64,000 nt of DNA from Vicugna vicugna (taxonomy: Eukaryota), in contig MU058059.1 in assembly GCA_013265495.1 (NCBI GenBank), forward strand, positions 2,705,502 through 2,769,501, written 5' to 3'. Under the pieces are notes generated by a model, which was not told the DNA's origin, ran no database searches, and worked only from the letters and a program-made list of their open reading frames with translations. Made by a program: the position numbers and the translations under genes. Within the stretch, counting starts at the first letter, position 1. The number at the start of each line of letters is the position of its first letter. Below, in pieces: positions 51,094-63,846 of this stretch.

Positions 51094-51564
51094 CAAACTC
51101 TTTTATTTCTAAATACTCTATTTAGAAATAAAAATAAATATTACTAGATCATCATAAAGCGACACTAATAAAGCCACTGACCACATCCACAATAGGACTA
51201 TTGCCAGCACCCAGAAGAGCCCCTGTGAGCCTCACCTGAACGCACCCTGCCCTTCTTCCGCCGTATTTGTTAGCATCGGGAAGAGTTCATCCGTGATGCT
51301 CAGTGCCGCGTGTTAGGCAGGACCGCTGCAGGGGGCAGTGTGGGCTGTGCTGCGAAGGGAGTCCTCACAGTGGGCGTTGTGGCCCTGGTGAAGGATGCTC
51401 GTGGGGATGTTCAGAGTGGACCCACGTGGTCTCTGACCACAAGAGGTCATAGTCTGGTAGAATAAACTTTAAAATAAAGAGCCTACATATATAAGGAGAA
51501 ATAAAAACAATCCAGTCTGCGTAGGAAATGCACTGTACATGTGTCTTACAGGTTTCTTTTTTTA

Positions 51565-51660
51565 AAAAAGTTCAGCCAAATGAATTTGAAGATTAATTGG
51601 CTTTATTCAACATTCAATTCATGAATGGGGCAGCATCCCACTAGCAAGTAGAGAGATATT
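51565..51660 (-). mobile_element. Probable ERV LTR 3' fragment
   Basis: ttcagccaaatgaatttgaagattaattggctttattcaac...tcatgaatggggcagcatcc, with minus-strand AATAAA; resembles ERV1-type LTR ends. Confidence 0.45.
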
Positions 51661-54193
51661 CTTTATGGGTTTCTGTCTTGAGGGGAGTGGAACAATTAAA
51701 TTTGGAGAACTAGCAGTGAAGTTAAAAAACAAAAAAACTTTATGGAAGTTACCTGATGGATCGGTGGGAGATGATGGGGACATTCTTTATTTCAAAGGCT
51801 CTGTTTACGGGAGATGAGAGTGCAGTCTTGTCAGAGATTGAAGTCCCTAACGAGAACATTACAGAACCACTTGAGAGACCCAGGGGTGGTAAATCATGGG
51901 GAATGGGCCATCCTGAGGCCGTCCTCAAGTGTGGAAGAGGAGGGATTCTGACAAGGAGGCACAATCCATCCTGAATAGCCCTGCTTCCGAACATTGGCAG
52001 GCTTGAATGCGGCGCCTGCCTTTTACAGAACTGCCCAGGGAAAGTCAGGGAGCACACAGAGTAAACCTGAGCTCCTCCAGAGGAGCTGAGTCAAAGCCCT
52101 GTGTGTGCAGAAGAGCCGTGATTCAGTTCTGCGGTAACATCCTTCATCCAAGAAGCTCAGAGGCTTTACCCCAGAAATTGCTCAGAGTTCCATGCCCAAG
52201 TGGTCGTGTGTGCACTGACTCCCCCACCATGTTCAAAACCCAGTGCCCTGATGACACGGGCAAACTCCAGGCAGGAGCCTCTGGTTTTCAGCAAAATGGA
52301 TCCTAGGAAACTGGCTGTAAGAGCAGGTGACCTCAGGGAAAAATTCTGACTGCCTGTGGGTCCATTCCTGGTTTGCTGTCGTCAGTTTGGGCAGCATCTA
52401 TAAAGATAGTGCAAAGGAAAGCAGGCGTGTCTGTTACACAGCGCGTGGTAATCCTGACAGCTGACGGCATGCGTCACTCACTGTATACCAGGCTTTCTGC
52501 TGAGCTCCTTCTGTGTTTTATTTTCATGCTCACCTTAATCCCACGTAGAGGGCAGTGTGAATCCCCGTTTTACAGGTCAGGGAACAACGAAAGCACAAAG
52601 GAATGAAGCAGTTTACCCAAAATTACAAACGGGGAGGGAGTCCAATGGGCACACTGGCCCTCGATCCCACAGGCATGACCGCTGCCTGTGGCCCCCCTTC
52701 TCATCACCTTCCAGATACACGTCCCGAGCCCCCGCTAACTATAAGGCACAGATGTGAACTCGTATGGCCACCTGTCACGAACTGAAGCAAGAAGTCCCAT
52801 CAGTGAAGGAAGGGTGGAAAACTTGAGCCAGGTTTCCTTCTACCCACACTGTTGAGAACATACAGAAGTTCATCCACAGAGGGTTGAACTTGAGGGACTG
52901 GCCTGAAAGGTTGCCTTTCACCCATGAGCACATGAGGCCAAGGAGCAGGTTGGAGCCCACACTTGGTCCAGTGGTGGTGGGTAAAGCAGTCTGTCACCTG
53001 CTGGCCTCCTGGCTCTTGCTTCAAGCTGGGAGTGTCATTTCTCACCACTGACCCAGATGAAAAGTCAACAGTTTAGAGGCAAGACCTTCCACTTCCCAGC
53101 ATCGTGGCAAGTGGGATTTGCCAAGTGCCCCTCGGGTCCCCTCTCAGCGACCTCAGCGCTCACTCTCAGCGCAGCCGGCCTTTGCCCGCTCCAAATACTG
53201 GGCTTGGGTGTGAGCTTCCACTGCGGGGACAGGTTCCACTTCTAGAAAGTACATTCATTTAGGAAAGCAGTGTTTAAATGATTCACTTAAAAAAAGGTTC
53301 ACTTTTTATTCATTTAAAGGTATTTGGGGGGAGTTCTACTGTGACACAGAACTAATACAGGGGTCAGGGTAGACCAGTGAGCAAAACAGGAACTCTGTGC
53401 CCTTCTGGGCTTTTAGCACTTTCCTTTTTAAAATACAGATCTTCAGAGAAATGCTTGCGATGTCTCAGCAGCATTTATGGAGACAATTTTTCCATTCAGA
53501 GAGATGGTTTAATGTAGCTAATTACCCTGGACGGTACTTGCTGTGTGTGGGTGGCGTGCTTGGCAATTTGTGTTTGCGTTTAATCTTCAGAACAGCCCAA
53601 CTTGCACACACACTGTCATCCTTTCTCCGGATGCATGACTGAGGCTTGGTGGCGTCCCTGAGTGGCCGGCAGTCACATGGCTGGTGGGGGACAGCCTTGC
53701 TCTGCCTGCTGATGCCCTCCATGCAGGGGAGGGCTCTGGGGACTCTGGGCCGATGACTGAGGTTGGAACTGTGTGCACAGCTCCCAGAAGGCGGGGCTGT
53801 GGTTTATGACTGTCATTTGTCAAGCTGGCTGTCATAGGCAACCTTCAGGATCTCAGGGCTCCCAGATGATTTAGTGAAGGTGCTAAACTTCCAGTCCAAG
53901 AAATAGTTCTGTTGTGATTCACAGGTGAAAGTTTCCAGCCTCTGCCAACGCTTCACGTCTGTAAACGATCAAAGAATAAGTTAATGAGATTTATTGTAGA
54001 ATGCAAAGAGCTATAAATCCTTCGCAGTCTGAAGAGTGAAAGGATGGGAGGTGTGAAGTATTTAAGTCTTTGTCTCTAAAGCAGCATGCGTGTGGATGCT
54101 CCCCTGTGATGTGCGTACAATCTGGGGCTCTGGGCAGCCCAACAGATTGCTTTTGTTAATTTTTTTTTTTTTTTTTGCCCTTCCCCTTGACAG

Positions 54194-54270
54194 ACGACCA
54201 TTCCCGCGTGAGGCTGCAGACCATAGAAGGAGACAACAACTCGGACTACATCAATGGGAATTATATCGAC
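54194..54270 (+). CDS. PTPRM: PTPRM coding exon (77 nt, phase 1-0): (Y)DHSRVRLQTIEGDNNSDYINGNYID
   Basis: Poly-T tract, ccccttgacag| acceptor, GAC|gtatgt donor. PTP motifs DHSRVRL and DYINGNYID, seen within ORF 54175..54528. Confidence 0.97.
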
Positions 54271-55739
54271 GTATGTATTTTGAAACTGTCAGTAAACCTA
54301 TCTGTTCTGACACATACCATGCCCCCGTGCGTCCGCTCTAAGACTGGCAGACGCACCTTGGTCCAACCCCGGGAGCAAACACGCAAGCCTGGTCCTGTCC
54401 ACTCAGAACTTCCCGGTGAACACCTGTTAGCCTGCAGGCTGGTGAATTCCCTGAGACAGTCTCTGCCTTCTTTCTGTGGACTAAGAAAATCTTATTTCCA
54501 TTTTTTGTCAACAACTTGGATTATTTGACACTTAAAAAAATCTGTTTGCCTATTAATAGGACAAAACTCTCTAATTCCTAATTCAATGATTTGCCATCTC
54601 TTGTCATCACTAGACTTTCAAGTTGCCTTCAAAGTCGTCTGCAGCTGTTAACCAGGACTTCTGATGCACGCAAGACGTGTCATTAAATATGCAGGCTGCT
54701 TAATTATTGAAGCCTGCTTCTTTGTTCATTCGGCATCATGTTAACTGAATGCCTTACATCAGAATAAATTCTTTAGGAGACAGCATGTTTTCACTTGAAA
54801 GAATGAATGAAATCAAAAGTAGACTGAAAATCAAGGGAAAGTGGCTGTTACCTCCAAGGCCCAAGTTTACATTAAACAGGTCCCAGCCCCCGAGGCATCC
54901 TCTGTGCTTGGACATCACGCTGTTCCTTAATCCGTCAGTACTTCCATGTGCAGGTGTTACTCAGATAAACGGATCCCTTTCTTGTCTTGGTTGAGTATTG
55001 CTCAGATACAACTGAAAATACCGGCATCACTATCTCTAGGGGTCATTGGAAAATAACTAAGAATGTTATGCTGAGCGCTCATTGGCAAGTTTGGCATTTT
55101 GGGTTATAGATTTGAGGGTGGGGTCTGGGAAGGATTCTTTAAAGTATAATTCGCATCTCGTTCTTCAAACGAAGACCCCTAGACCATACAGTTGAAAACG
55201 ACCAAAAACACCCAACCCAAGGTAGAATTTTTTTTATTAAAGCGGAGTTTCTTCCTAAGACACATTGCACTTACTCCCTTGCTCAGCAGATGTTTCGTGA
55301 GTGCCTCACAGGGGTACTCTGAGGGGCCCAAGGCTGCTGCCTTCTCCCCGAGACCTCACAGCTTCGATGCTGAAGAAGGAGACATCTCCACTGTAACACC
55401 CCTTCCCCGGGGAGGTTCCCAGGGAACCCTGTTCACGCCGCGGTCTCAGCTCCAGCAGCCCCTGCTGGGTCCCCAAGCAGAGGGCCGGTGCCCCCCTCAC
55501 TGCCATCTCCCTGGCCCTGACACACACCTCAGCTGTTGTGAGCGCTCAGTGAGGGTCTGCTGAGTCACTGACTGAGCTCGTTGCGATCAGATCAGGCTTT
55601 GTCGTGGAGGCCACGTGGACTGAGCTGTGAAGAATCGGTGGGTGGAGATGCAGAGGAGGGAGGACGTGAACGTGCTGACAATACCAGGTTCATTCGTTTC
55701 CATTTTAACCAGGAGGAGAGTCCACATTCAGTTCCCTTT

Positions 55740-56990
55740 CCACTTAGTCAGTGAGATTTTGTTGAGCACCTATTCTAGGGCAGTAACAGTTCGAGGTACT
55801 GGTGTTATAACTGTGAACAATTCAGACCAAAAACAAAAGACAGACCTCTGACATAATGGATCTGATGGTCTAATCAGGAGAAACAGTAAATGAGATAAGT
55901 CTGTTAACTCTGTCTGGGATGTTAGATGATCGGAGGGACTGGGGAGGGAGGAAAGCCCCAACGGAGGAGAAGGAGCCCCAGGCTTGGACGTGGACTGTGG
56001 CTTGGAATAGAGGGGCTGCAGTCAGCTCCACTGAGAAGGTGACCTTTGAGCCAAGAAGGTGGGGGGCTGAGCCAGGTTGACACCTGGGCACTGAGCATCC
56101 AGGCTGAGAAGCAGCCCATTGAAAGGCCTCTCTGTGGACCACAAATGGCGAATGTGGAGAAAGACAAGCCAGGAGTGTCTGTGATGTGAAGGAGGTGGAG
56201 TCCCAGGTGATGGGACAAGAGAGGTCACAGGCCAGGTAGCGTCCACAGTGCTGAGGAGTTTGGCTCTGACTGTGAGCTGGGCAGTTGTTAGAGGAGTGAC
56301 AAATGCACAGATGCAGAGGAGTGACAGGGTCTGGAAGCTGAGTGGAGGATGCACTGAAGGTCAGCGGGAGTCGGAGCAAGAGGACCTGAGAGGCGGCCGT
56401 GGCAGCCATCGGAGAGGGACACTGGTGGCCTGGCCCAGGCGGGGGCCCTGGAGGGAAAGAGATGTGCAAAGCAACGGCTTCGCTGCCAGATTGGCCGTGG
56501 GGTGGGAGGAAGGAGGGGGCCCCGTGCCTTCAGGAGGTTGTGGGGGAGCAGACTCCGCGGGGTGGGCTAGAGGCAACAAGGAGTCGGGTTTAGGCATGTC
56601 AGGCTTCAGATGCATGTTAGCATCCAAGTAGAGGTGTGACTAGGCCACTGATGTTGCCTCGGGGTTTCAGGGGAAAGGTGCAGCTGCAGGTGAGAACACA
56701 GGGCTCCCTGGTACGCTGGGGGCCTTGACAGCCAGGAGGCTGGATGAGCTCAGCCGGGAAGTGAGTGTGGACGAAGGGGAGCCCAGGAACACGGCATCCG
56801 AACATCAGCATCTGGGCGAACGGGAGGAGCAGGCCCAGGACAGAGGAGGAGCCGCGGGGCGGGCAGGAAGAAACTCAGAGAGCGTCCCATCCGGAAGCCA
56901 GTGCAGAAAGCATTTCAGGGGCTCAGCTGTGTTCATGCCTCTCAGGTCAAGTAGACGGGGCCTGGGAAGTGGCTGTCGGGTTCAGCAACA
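55740..56990 (-). mobile_element. L2 LINE 3' portion (~1.2 kb), antisense
   Basis: Starts with L2 3'-end-like ttgttgagcacctattctagg, then purine-rich L2-like tracts (gaaggtgacctttgagc, catccaagtagaggtg, ggctggatgag). The many overlapping ORFs here are non-genic. Confidence 0.75.
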
Positions 56991-58054
56991 CAGACGGTGC
57001 GGACCATTTCAGTTCAACAGATGGGCCCCCCATCTCCCAGCCCCTCGCTCGGACTGTCGTGTACAGTGAATAAGTCAGATGGGGTCTCGCCTCGTGGGGT
57101 TTATCAGCTGGCAAGAAATGGGAACCATCTAAATGGTTTTAATGTTGGTCGTGATTCTGTGCTTGAGACCAAGAGCAGGCCAGTTGTATTAAAGAGTGTG
57201 TTTACTTTTGTTGTTCGCTGTTGTGGGCTTGTTTTTAAGAGCAGAAAGAATCTCACAGATACGCATCTAAGTGTCTGAGAAGTCGGCCTTTCCGAGTTTA
57301 CTCTGTTTTCCAGCTGGCTGTGGGCACGGTGTGGTGGGCAATCTCAGGGGACAGCAAGGGAAGGTATCCAGGTCCGTGGTGATATGGTGTGTTACTCGTG
57401 TGTAATTTTCTCTGAATTGGCTTTATCTTCCCCAGATATTGATCCTGCAGAGTCCCTCGTTCCCTTTTTCTTTGGTCTCGGTTTTCATCTTACCCCTCTT
57501 GTGGGATCAGATAAATGGAAGGGGTCTTGCAGAACTTCTGCCCTCTGAGTCCCTGGCTCCTGCTACAGCATCATGTCGTGGCATTAGTGGTGTTTAAGAA
57601 TGATGTTTAGTATTACTGTTGACATTAACTGCCTAGACTAATATATCAGAATACACATTAGAGCTTTGTCACATTGCCAATAACAGCCCAAACACAAATG
57701 AAATTCTATTGCCCGTTCCCAGGCGGTTTGCACTCTAATAGTAAAGTCGTGGTCCTGTGATTTCAGGAAGTCTGTAAATTGCTCGTGTTTCGTGCTTATC
57801 CGTCATCTCATAGCCTGTGTGTGGTTCCGTTACTCACTGCCCCGCCCCGCCCGGTGCAGGCATCAGAACTGCTGTGTCGGACGCACCCTTGCTTATTAGG
57901 AGGAACCAGTGGTGCTGGGTCTGGTCATTTACCGTTCAGGCGACGCAGCTGTTGGTGTGGGTACGCGCGTTCATTTCGGCAAACTTAGTGTGGGACTTGC
58001 GTGCTGCTTACTGATTTTTAGGTTTGTCTAATATTCTTTCTCATTTATTTTTAG

Positions 58055-58091
58055 GGTTATCATCGACCCAATCATTACATTGCGACGCAAG
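58055..58091 (+). CDS. PTPRM: PTPRM coding exon (37 nt, phase 0-1): GYHRPNHYIATQ(G)
   Basis: Acceptor tcatttatttttag|, donor AAG|gtaagt. PTP motif YIATQG(P). The next exon (GPMQETIYDFWRM...) was not found in the window. Confidence 0.96.
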
Positions 58092-58504
58092 GTAAGTTTA
58101 TTCGAGCTCTGAAGCCTTTCTCGGTTGTCTGCCCCTTCCCCGTCATTTGGAACCCGGCTTGCCCTCCCTCAGAACACCGTCGCTTGTTGCCATAGCAGCG
58201 CTGACTGCAGTTCTAGGCGTCAACACATGCGCCCTTGTTTTCCCGTCACAAGTCCTGGCAGTGTAATCGTATAGTGAGAACTTTATGTTGAGATCATTAG
58301 AAGAAGTGTATTCAATTAATTACTGAATTAACCCTGTCTACCTTAGCAATTAATCTGGCATGTGCAAAAATAGATACATAGAAGTTCGCTGAATACTGAC
58401 TACTCTCAGTGTAAAGACCTGGTTGCTGCAAGGGATGCCGGAGACTCCAGCAAGGACCCCTCTTACATCACTGAAACCTTGTGTGGTGACTGAAAAGAAA
58501 AGAA

Positions 58505-58915
58505 AATGAGTAGACTGATTGCTCCCACTTTAATCTTCTTTTTCAAAATTGATTTAGATATCCTAGTTGCTTTGTTTTTCCACATAAATTTTAGAATGAT
58601 CTACATCTATAAAACTCTTGCTACAATTTTGGTAAGAACTGCATTAAATTTGAAATCAGTTGGGGAAGAATTGGTGTCTTTACTCTTTTGAGTCTTCTAT
58701 GCCATGAACATGGTATGTCTCTGTATTTATTTTGATCTTTTATTTCCTTCATCAGCATTGTGAGGATTTCAGCATGTAAGTCTCATACCTGTTTTGTTTG
58801 ATGTGCATCTAAGTGTTTCTCTTTTTTGAGAAACTGTATATGATACTGTCTTTTTAATTTTCATGCCCACATGTTTATCACTAGCATATAGAAATACAGT
58901 TTGATTTTTGTTGGT
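58505..58915 (-). mobile_element. Old L1 ORF2 fragment, antisense
   Basis: ctcccactttaatcttctttttcaaaattg...ttccacataaattttagaat...gcattaaatttg...catgaacatggtatgtctct...tagcatatagaaataca. Confidence 0.8.
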
Positions 58916-59600
58916 GTGTGTTGGCGGGGGACCCTGATGTGAGCAGCACAGACAAAATGTTAGGGAAACTCGGACAAGAAGGAGTTTGCTTTCGGAAGGG
59001 ATGATCTAAAGACAGCTTCGTTGCCGGGGTGAGGCTGAGAGAACACCTAACTGACGGAAACGTCACAGGCAAAGCTCTGAAAGCAGGAAGTCAGTGTGTC
59101 TGGGTGGAAAGCAGTCAGTGGGTCACTTTGGCTAAAGGAAGCCGAAAATCAGAGAAACATGTCGGGGAAGTTCATGGGTGATTTTTGTACGTCTTCCCCA
59201 CCAACGAGAAGGCAAGTCATCTATGGAGAGCGAGGATCCTGGGCGATTCTGAGGTTTTTGGGAAGAGGCATCATCAGGGCCAAGTTAGTGAGTCAATATG
59301 AGGTGAACTGTTTCCAGCGGTGCACTATATCCTAGAAGCAGGAGCAGGGACATCCGCGTGCGACCTGCCAACAGTTAGAGATTGGCAGGGGGATGCCCAT
59401 GAGAAGTCAAGGCGCAAGGGAATCAAGGAGTCCAAGAAAATCATGGTTAGAAAGTCTAGGCTTGGAGGCAGGGAGGTCAGACGTGTCCGGTGGGCCATGA
59501 GGACAGGGAAGGCACTAAAGGATTGAGGCCAAGTTCAGTAAATGAGTCACAAGATAGAAGAGGTGGTCGTGGCCAGAGACCCGAATTCCAGCACCTAGAG

Positions 59601-59788
59601 CAGCACCCTCCCGGAGAGCTTCCTGCGCTGGTGGAAATCTTCTACGTCTGCGCGGTGCAGTTTGGTACCGCTAGTCATATGCTGGTACTCAGAATGTGCC
59701 TACTGCGAATGAGGAGCTGAACTGTAAGTTTTAATGCTGATTTAAATAGCTGTTTGGCTGTTCCCCTCTGGTGGTGCTGGACAGCAGG
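59601..59788 (+). mobile_element. Near full-length MER3 hAT MITE (diverged)
   Basis: Collinear with the recalled MER3 consensus (tggaaatcttctacgtctgcgc...gaatgtgcctactgcgaatgaggagctgaa...ggacagcag). Flanks contain ctagag / ctctag, like a hAT target site. Confidence 0.7.
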
Positions 59789-62209
59789 GCTCTAGGTGTA
59801 GCTGAAGTGGAGTGTATCCTGCGAATCCCCACCGCCCCAGCCAGAACCTGGGTGGCATCACGCCACGGTCTTGCGTCGCCACTTACGAGCGCTACATCCG
59901 GGTTCAGGTGTGTTTCCTTCTCCAGAATGATGTCGGGAAGGTCTCTTCCAAGGGCACTTTGCAGCCAGAGGAAATGCCGCGTGGACTGCGCCCAGCATGA
60001 AACTGGCCTGAATCTGGCTTTCATGAGGAGTTGCTCAGTGCCTGTCTTACATCTGGGACAGGATGAGGATGTGTTTCCAGTCCTCTGAGTCCAACCAGGG
60101 GAGCTTCCAAACCGAACTAACCGATGCCTCTAGAAGAGCCGGTTGTTGTTGCTTCGTATCCATACCAGACTTTCAGAGTGTCCCAGGGTAAGGGCCGTAA
60201 CGGATCTGATCTGATGTATTACATTCGACAATTATTTGAAATTTGCAGTTTTTACGGATTTTATTGGAAGTACATATATTGAAGTTTTTAAAAATGCAAA
60301 ATATACAAAACACTACCGAGTTCTTCATTAGTAGCCCGCATTTTCTGAAAAAGCATGAACATCAAGTTAAATCTTACTTCCATCTTCCCACTGAGGACCT
60401 GCAGATTAACGAGACCCCATGGCAAGCGGAAGGAGAGGCTGAAGCCCCCGGCGCCCTGCGTGTGCTTTCTCACCGGCTCCCCTCCTTCTGTTCTCTCTGC
60501 CCCTCTCTTCCTGAGGGAGACCACTCTTCGAAGAAAAATACCACTGTGGAAGGCACTTTCTGGCCCCTTCGGAAGTACTTGAATGACACTGACCTGCCCA
60601 GCAATCGCGTTTGACAGCCTTCAACTGACCAAATGTTAATGAGCAAATACATTTGCAGGCAGCTGAGAAATGGCAGATGTAATCAGTTGGTAGCAGACAC
60701 CCAGGTGCCCTTAACGGAGAAGGGTGTCTGCCTGTTCACAGAGGGCGGCCCTTTCCTCACGGCCGGGTGAGCTACAGATTGGACTTCAGAAACTGGCAGT
60801 CCGTACATCACTGTTGTTGGTGCAGGACGAGGAGGAAGGAATGAGATTTTTCATCGAACAGTCAGTCTAGACAGTGCGCGTCTTGTTATGAGTAATACAT
60901 TCAGACCGTGATGTTCAGATTAAAAAGTCAGAATGTCTCTTCTAGTATATGCCACCAGCATAATTTAACAGATGGCCTCGGGTTGCCAGCAATAAGAATT
61001 TCCGTCTCTCTGAAGTAATTGGCAGGGACAGGTAAAACCCGCTCATGGATTGCTTTCATTTAAAAAAAAAAAAAAGGAAAAAACACGAACAACTTCATGC
61101 ACGAAGTCCAACAAAATGGGTGATAAAGACTAACAGGCAGACGCAATTTTGAAATCCCTCCGTGGTCTTTTTTTTCTCTCTGTTTTGCACTGATGTGAGT
61201 CTTTAAAAATCTGTTCACAGCAGGAACCCCTGAAACTACACAAATGGTCCATTTCCTGACAACCAGTTTTATCCCCAAGAGTTTGAAATACATGTATTTC
61301 TACCAAGTCCCTTCGATACAGAGGACATGTTGTGAATTTAGCTCTTCAGCCTCCCCCTACTCCCCACAAGTTTATTGATTTTTTTACCAGTAACTGACTC
61401 TGACCTTTGATGGTAATGAAATGTTTCTGTGAATTGGAGGGGCCACGTTCAAGCCAGACCTGTGGGTTTCTTAGTGTGTTCTTCCTGTCTCCCTGGCCTT
61501 TCACTGTTTTCCATCCGGCAGCTAATAGACTGATGGCCCAGTGTTCACTTCATCACATCAGCCCAGCCAGCCATGAGCACAGCTGTAACATTCAGGACTT
61601 ACAGCTGGGTGCACCAGGGATCCAAGGAGAGGAGGTCCCATCTGTAACTGCACGTCCATACTCAGAGCCTGGGCATGGATGGGATTCCAGAAGCTGGGCT
61701 TGCGGAGAGAGACAGTGTACAGGCGGGTAGGGTCACCCAGAGCTGATCATCATCAATCAGAAGATACCCCACGGAGACCACCACGTGGGCCATGAGCTGG
61801 AGCAGCTGCCCACCCATTGGAAGCGCTCCCGCAAGATGATTCGGGAGAGCACCTGCCCGTCACGTGGTGTAGGAACTCGGGCCCTGGGAGGCGTCCCGTT
61901 TATTATTGTTTAGGTTTATTTTTCAAACTGACGTCGAGAGTCCTGCTTCAGAGAATTCAGGAAAGACAGTGCGAGGTCGTTGTGGAAGAAGAGGCTGTAA
62001 GTCCATGATGGGTACAGCCTGCCCAGCGTCCCATCCCTCTGCCTCACTCCCACGCTCATCTGCGGGCTGGAGGATCCTGCCAGGGGAACGAGCACCCCGA
62101 GATCTGGAGGTCCCATCCTAGCCACGTGGGGGCTCCAGCACCTGGCCGGGGCTTCAGAGGAGCTGGAGCTGGGAAGACGGGAGGCAGGTCTGCACCCAGA
62201 GGGCGGCCC

Positions 62210-62223
62210 CCAGCAGAGGGCGC
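62210..62223 (+). promoter_or_regulatory. Candidate CTCF site
   Basis: CCAGCAGAGGGCGC(TG) is a perfect fit to the core CCASYAGRKGGCRS; motif evidence only. Confidence 0.5.
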
Positions 62224-63807
62224 TGGGGCGCCCCGTGGAGGGGGACGGTCTTCGTCTCTGGCGTCTTGAGTCTTCTCGGTTGCCTGTTGAAATGGATCAT
62301 CTCTCAGGAAAGAGTCACACACAGACACACCGTTCTACATAGACGTTCGGGCATCTTCCGACTTACTAAAATCCAGCCTGAAAAACCAATACACCCCAGA
62401 TAAAAACCCCTGAATGAGAGGGGCTCTGAACAGAGAACTGACAAGTGACGTGAGGACGCTGATTGAAAGGCTTCAGATGAGGAGTGTTGTTTAATGGAAG
62501 GCGGAAAAGCAGGGAGGGAAAGGGGAAGGATGTTTTCACACCACGTGGTGGTGAAAACAACGCTTCAAGAAGTTTAATTAGTATGGGATTATCCTGGAGG
62601 GGAAAAACTGGAAACAAAGATAGCAGGGAGTAACCACCAGAAAATCTGGGAGAGAAGTGAGTCATTCAGACAACAGTAATGACAGCCGGGCCGTTGTAGC
62701 TTTGGATTATTCAACAATCCAGGTTGCAGACGACTGAAATACGTTTTCTAATTTTAAATATGTTCTGGTCTCAAAACTGTTGATTTGTAAGTGTGTCTCC
62801 TTCATTTAATGAAAGGGATAAGTCATTTTCTTTCTGTATGGGTAGTTTGGGTTGGTAGACTTTTCTTTCTGAAACTCAGCATTTTTCTTTGTCCATCCGT
62901 TCAGTAAATATGAAGTGCTTTTTATGTACTAGGCTTTGTGCTGTAGCTAATTTAGTGTATTTTCCATCCTCTGGCCGTTTAAGATATTTACTTGTCTTGT
63001 TTCACAAATAGAAGACTTGAGGCCCACGGGGAGAAGCAGGGTTGAACAGAGGGGTAACTAACAAGTAGCTGAGTGTGTGCGGGCAGGACGCTGCGGGCAC
63101 CTCTCTGGTGTCTGGTGGGCCTGGGTAATGTGTGATCCCCGCCGTGCACCTTTTGCGCCGTGTACACTGGCCTTAGGAAACTCGCCCCTGCAAATCACGT
63201 GACTCATCTTTTACAAAACAAATGTAGGATGCAGCCACTTCCTTCTAAGTTTCGATGCTTCTCAAAAAGCAAATTTTCTATAATACATTCACATCTGAAA
63301 ATACTTCTTAACTAAAATTGTCTTGAATGCCCTGAAATGTGACATGGTGCATTTGGAGTCATCCTGCTCCCGTGTGGGCACCCGTTTGGAAGACCCACTG
63401 GTCCAGGGCTTCACAAGGGGGCTGCTCGGCAGAGCCAACGCTGATGGTAACAAAGAGACTCCACGTGGCGTGATCAAGTCCGAGCTCAGAACTCCCCATG
63501 GCAGGGGAGGGGGTCAACCGACTGAAATTGACACAGTTCAGGAAAAAAGCAATGACAGAGTGGGTGTCAGATCACCTATACTCAAGGAGAGTAAACTGTG
63601 TGGGTTTTCACAACCTAGAATTAAAACGGTAACATCTTTCATGCTTGGAGTCTCCAGGTGCTCAGTGTCGTGGTTTGGGATGCCAAGCCACACTTGCATA
63701 AACACAGGAAAGACAGAAACACTAGATACCGGTTAGTTACTTACCATCTATGGGACAGAACTGCCCTCACCTGGCAAGGACAGCCTGCGTCTCTTCGGCA
63801 GACGTCT

Positions 63808-63846
63808 GCTTCTCGGCCTGACATCCGCTTCTCGGCCTGACATCCG
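63808..63846. repeat. Exact 19-bp tandem duplication
   Basis: (gcttctcggcctgacatcc)2 followed by g. Confidence 0.9.

Noticed and set aside
54758..54775. IRIN-like peptide resembling the D1 microexon recalled from the paralogue PTPRU, in the equivalent intron
   Set aside because: Preceded by ttac rather than AG and no GT donor follows; likely coincidence.
57314..57363. Possible extra exon between the DYINGNYID and GYHRP exons (ctctgttttccag|...AAG|gtatcc)
   Set aside because: 50 nt would shift the frame, the in-frame 15-nt option has a poor donor (ACG|gtgtgg), and I cannot match the peptide to PTPRM.
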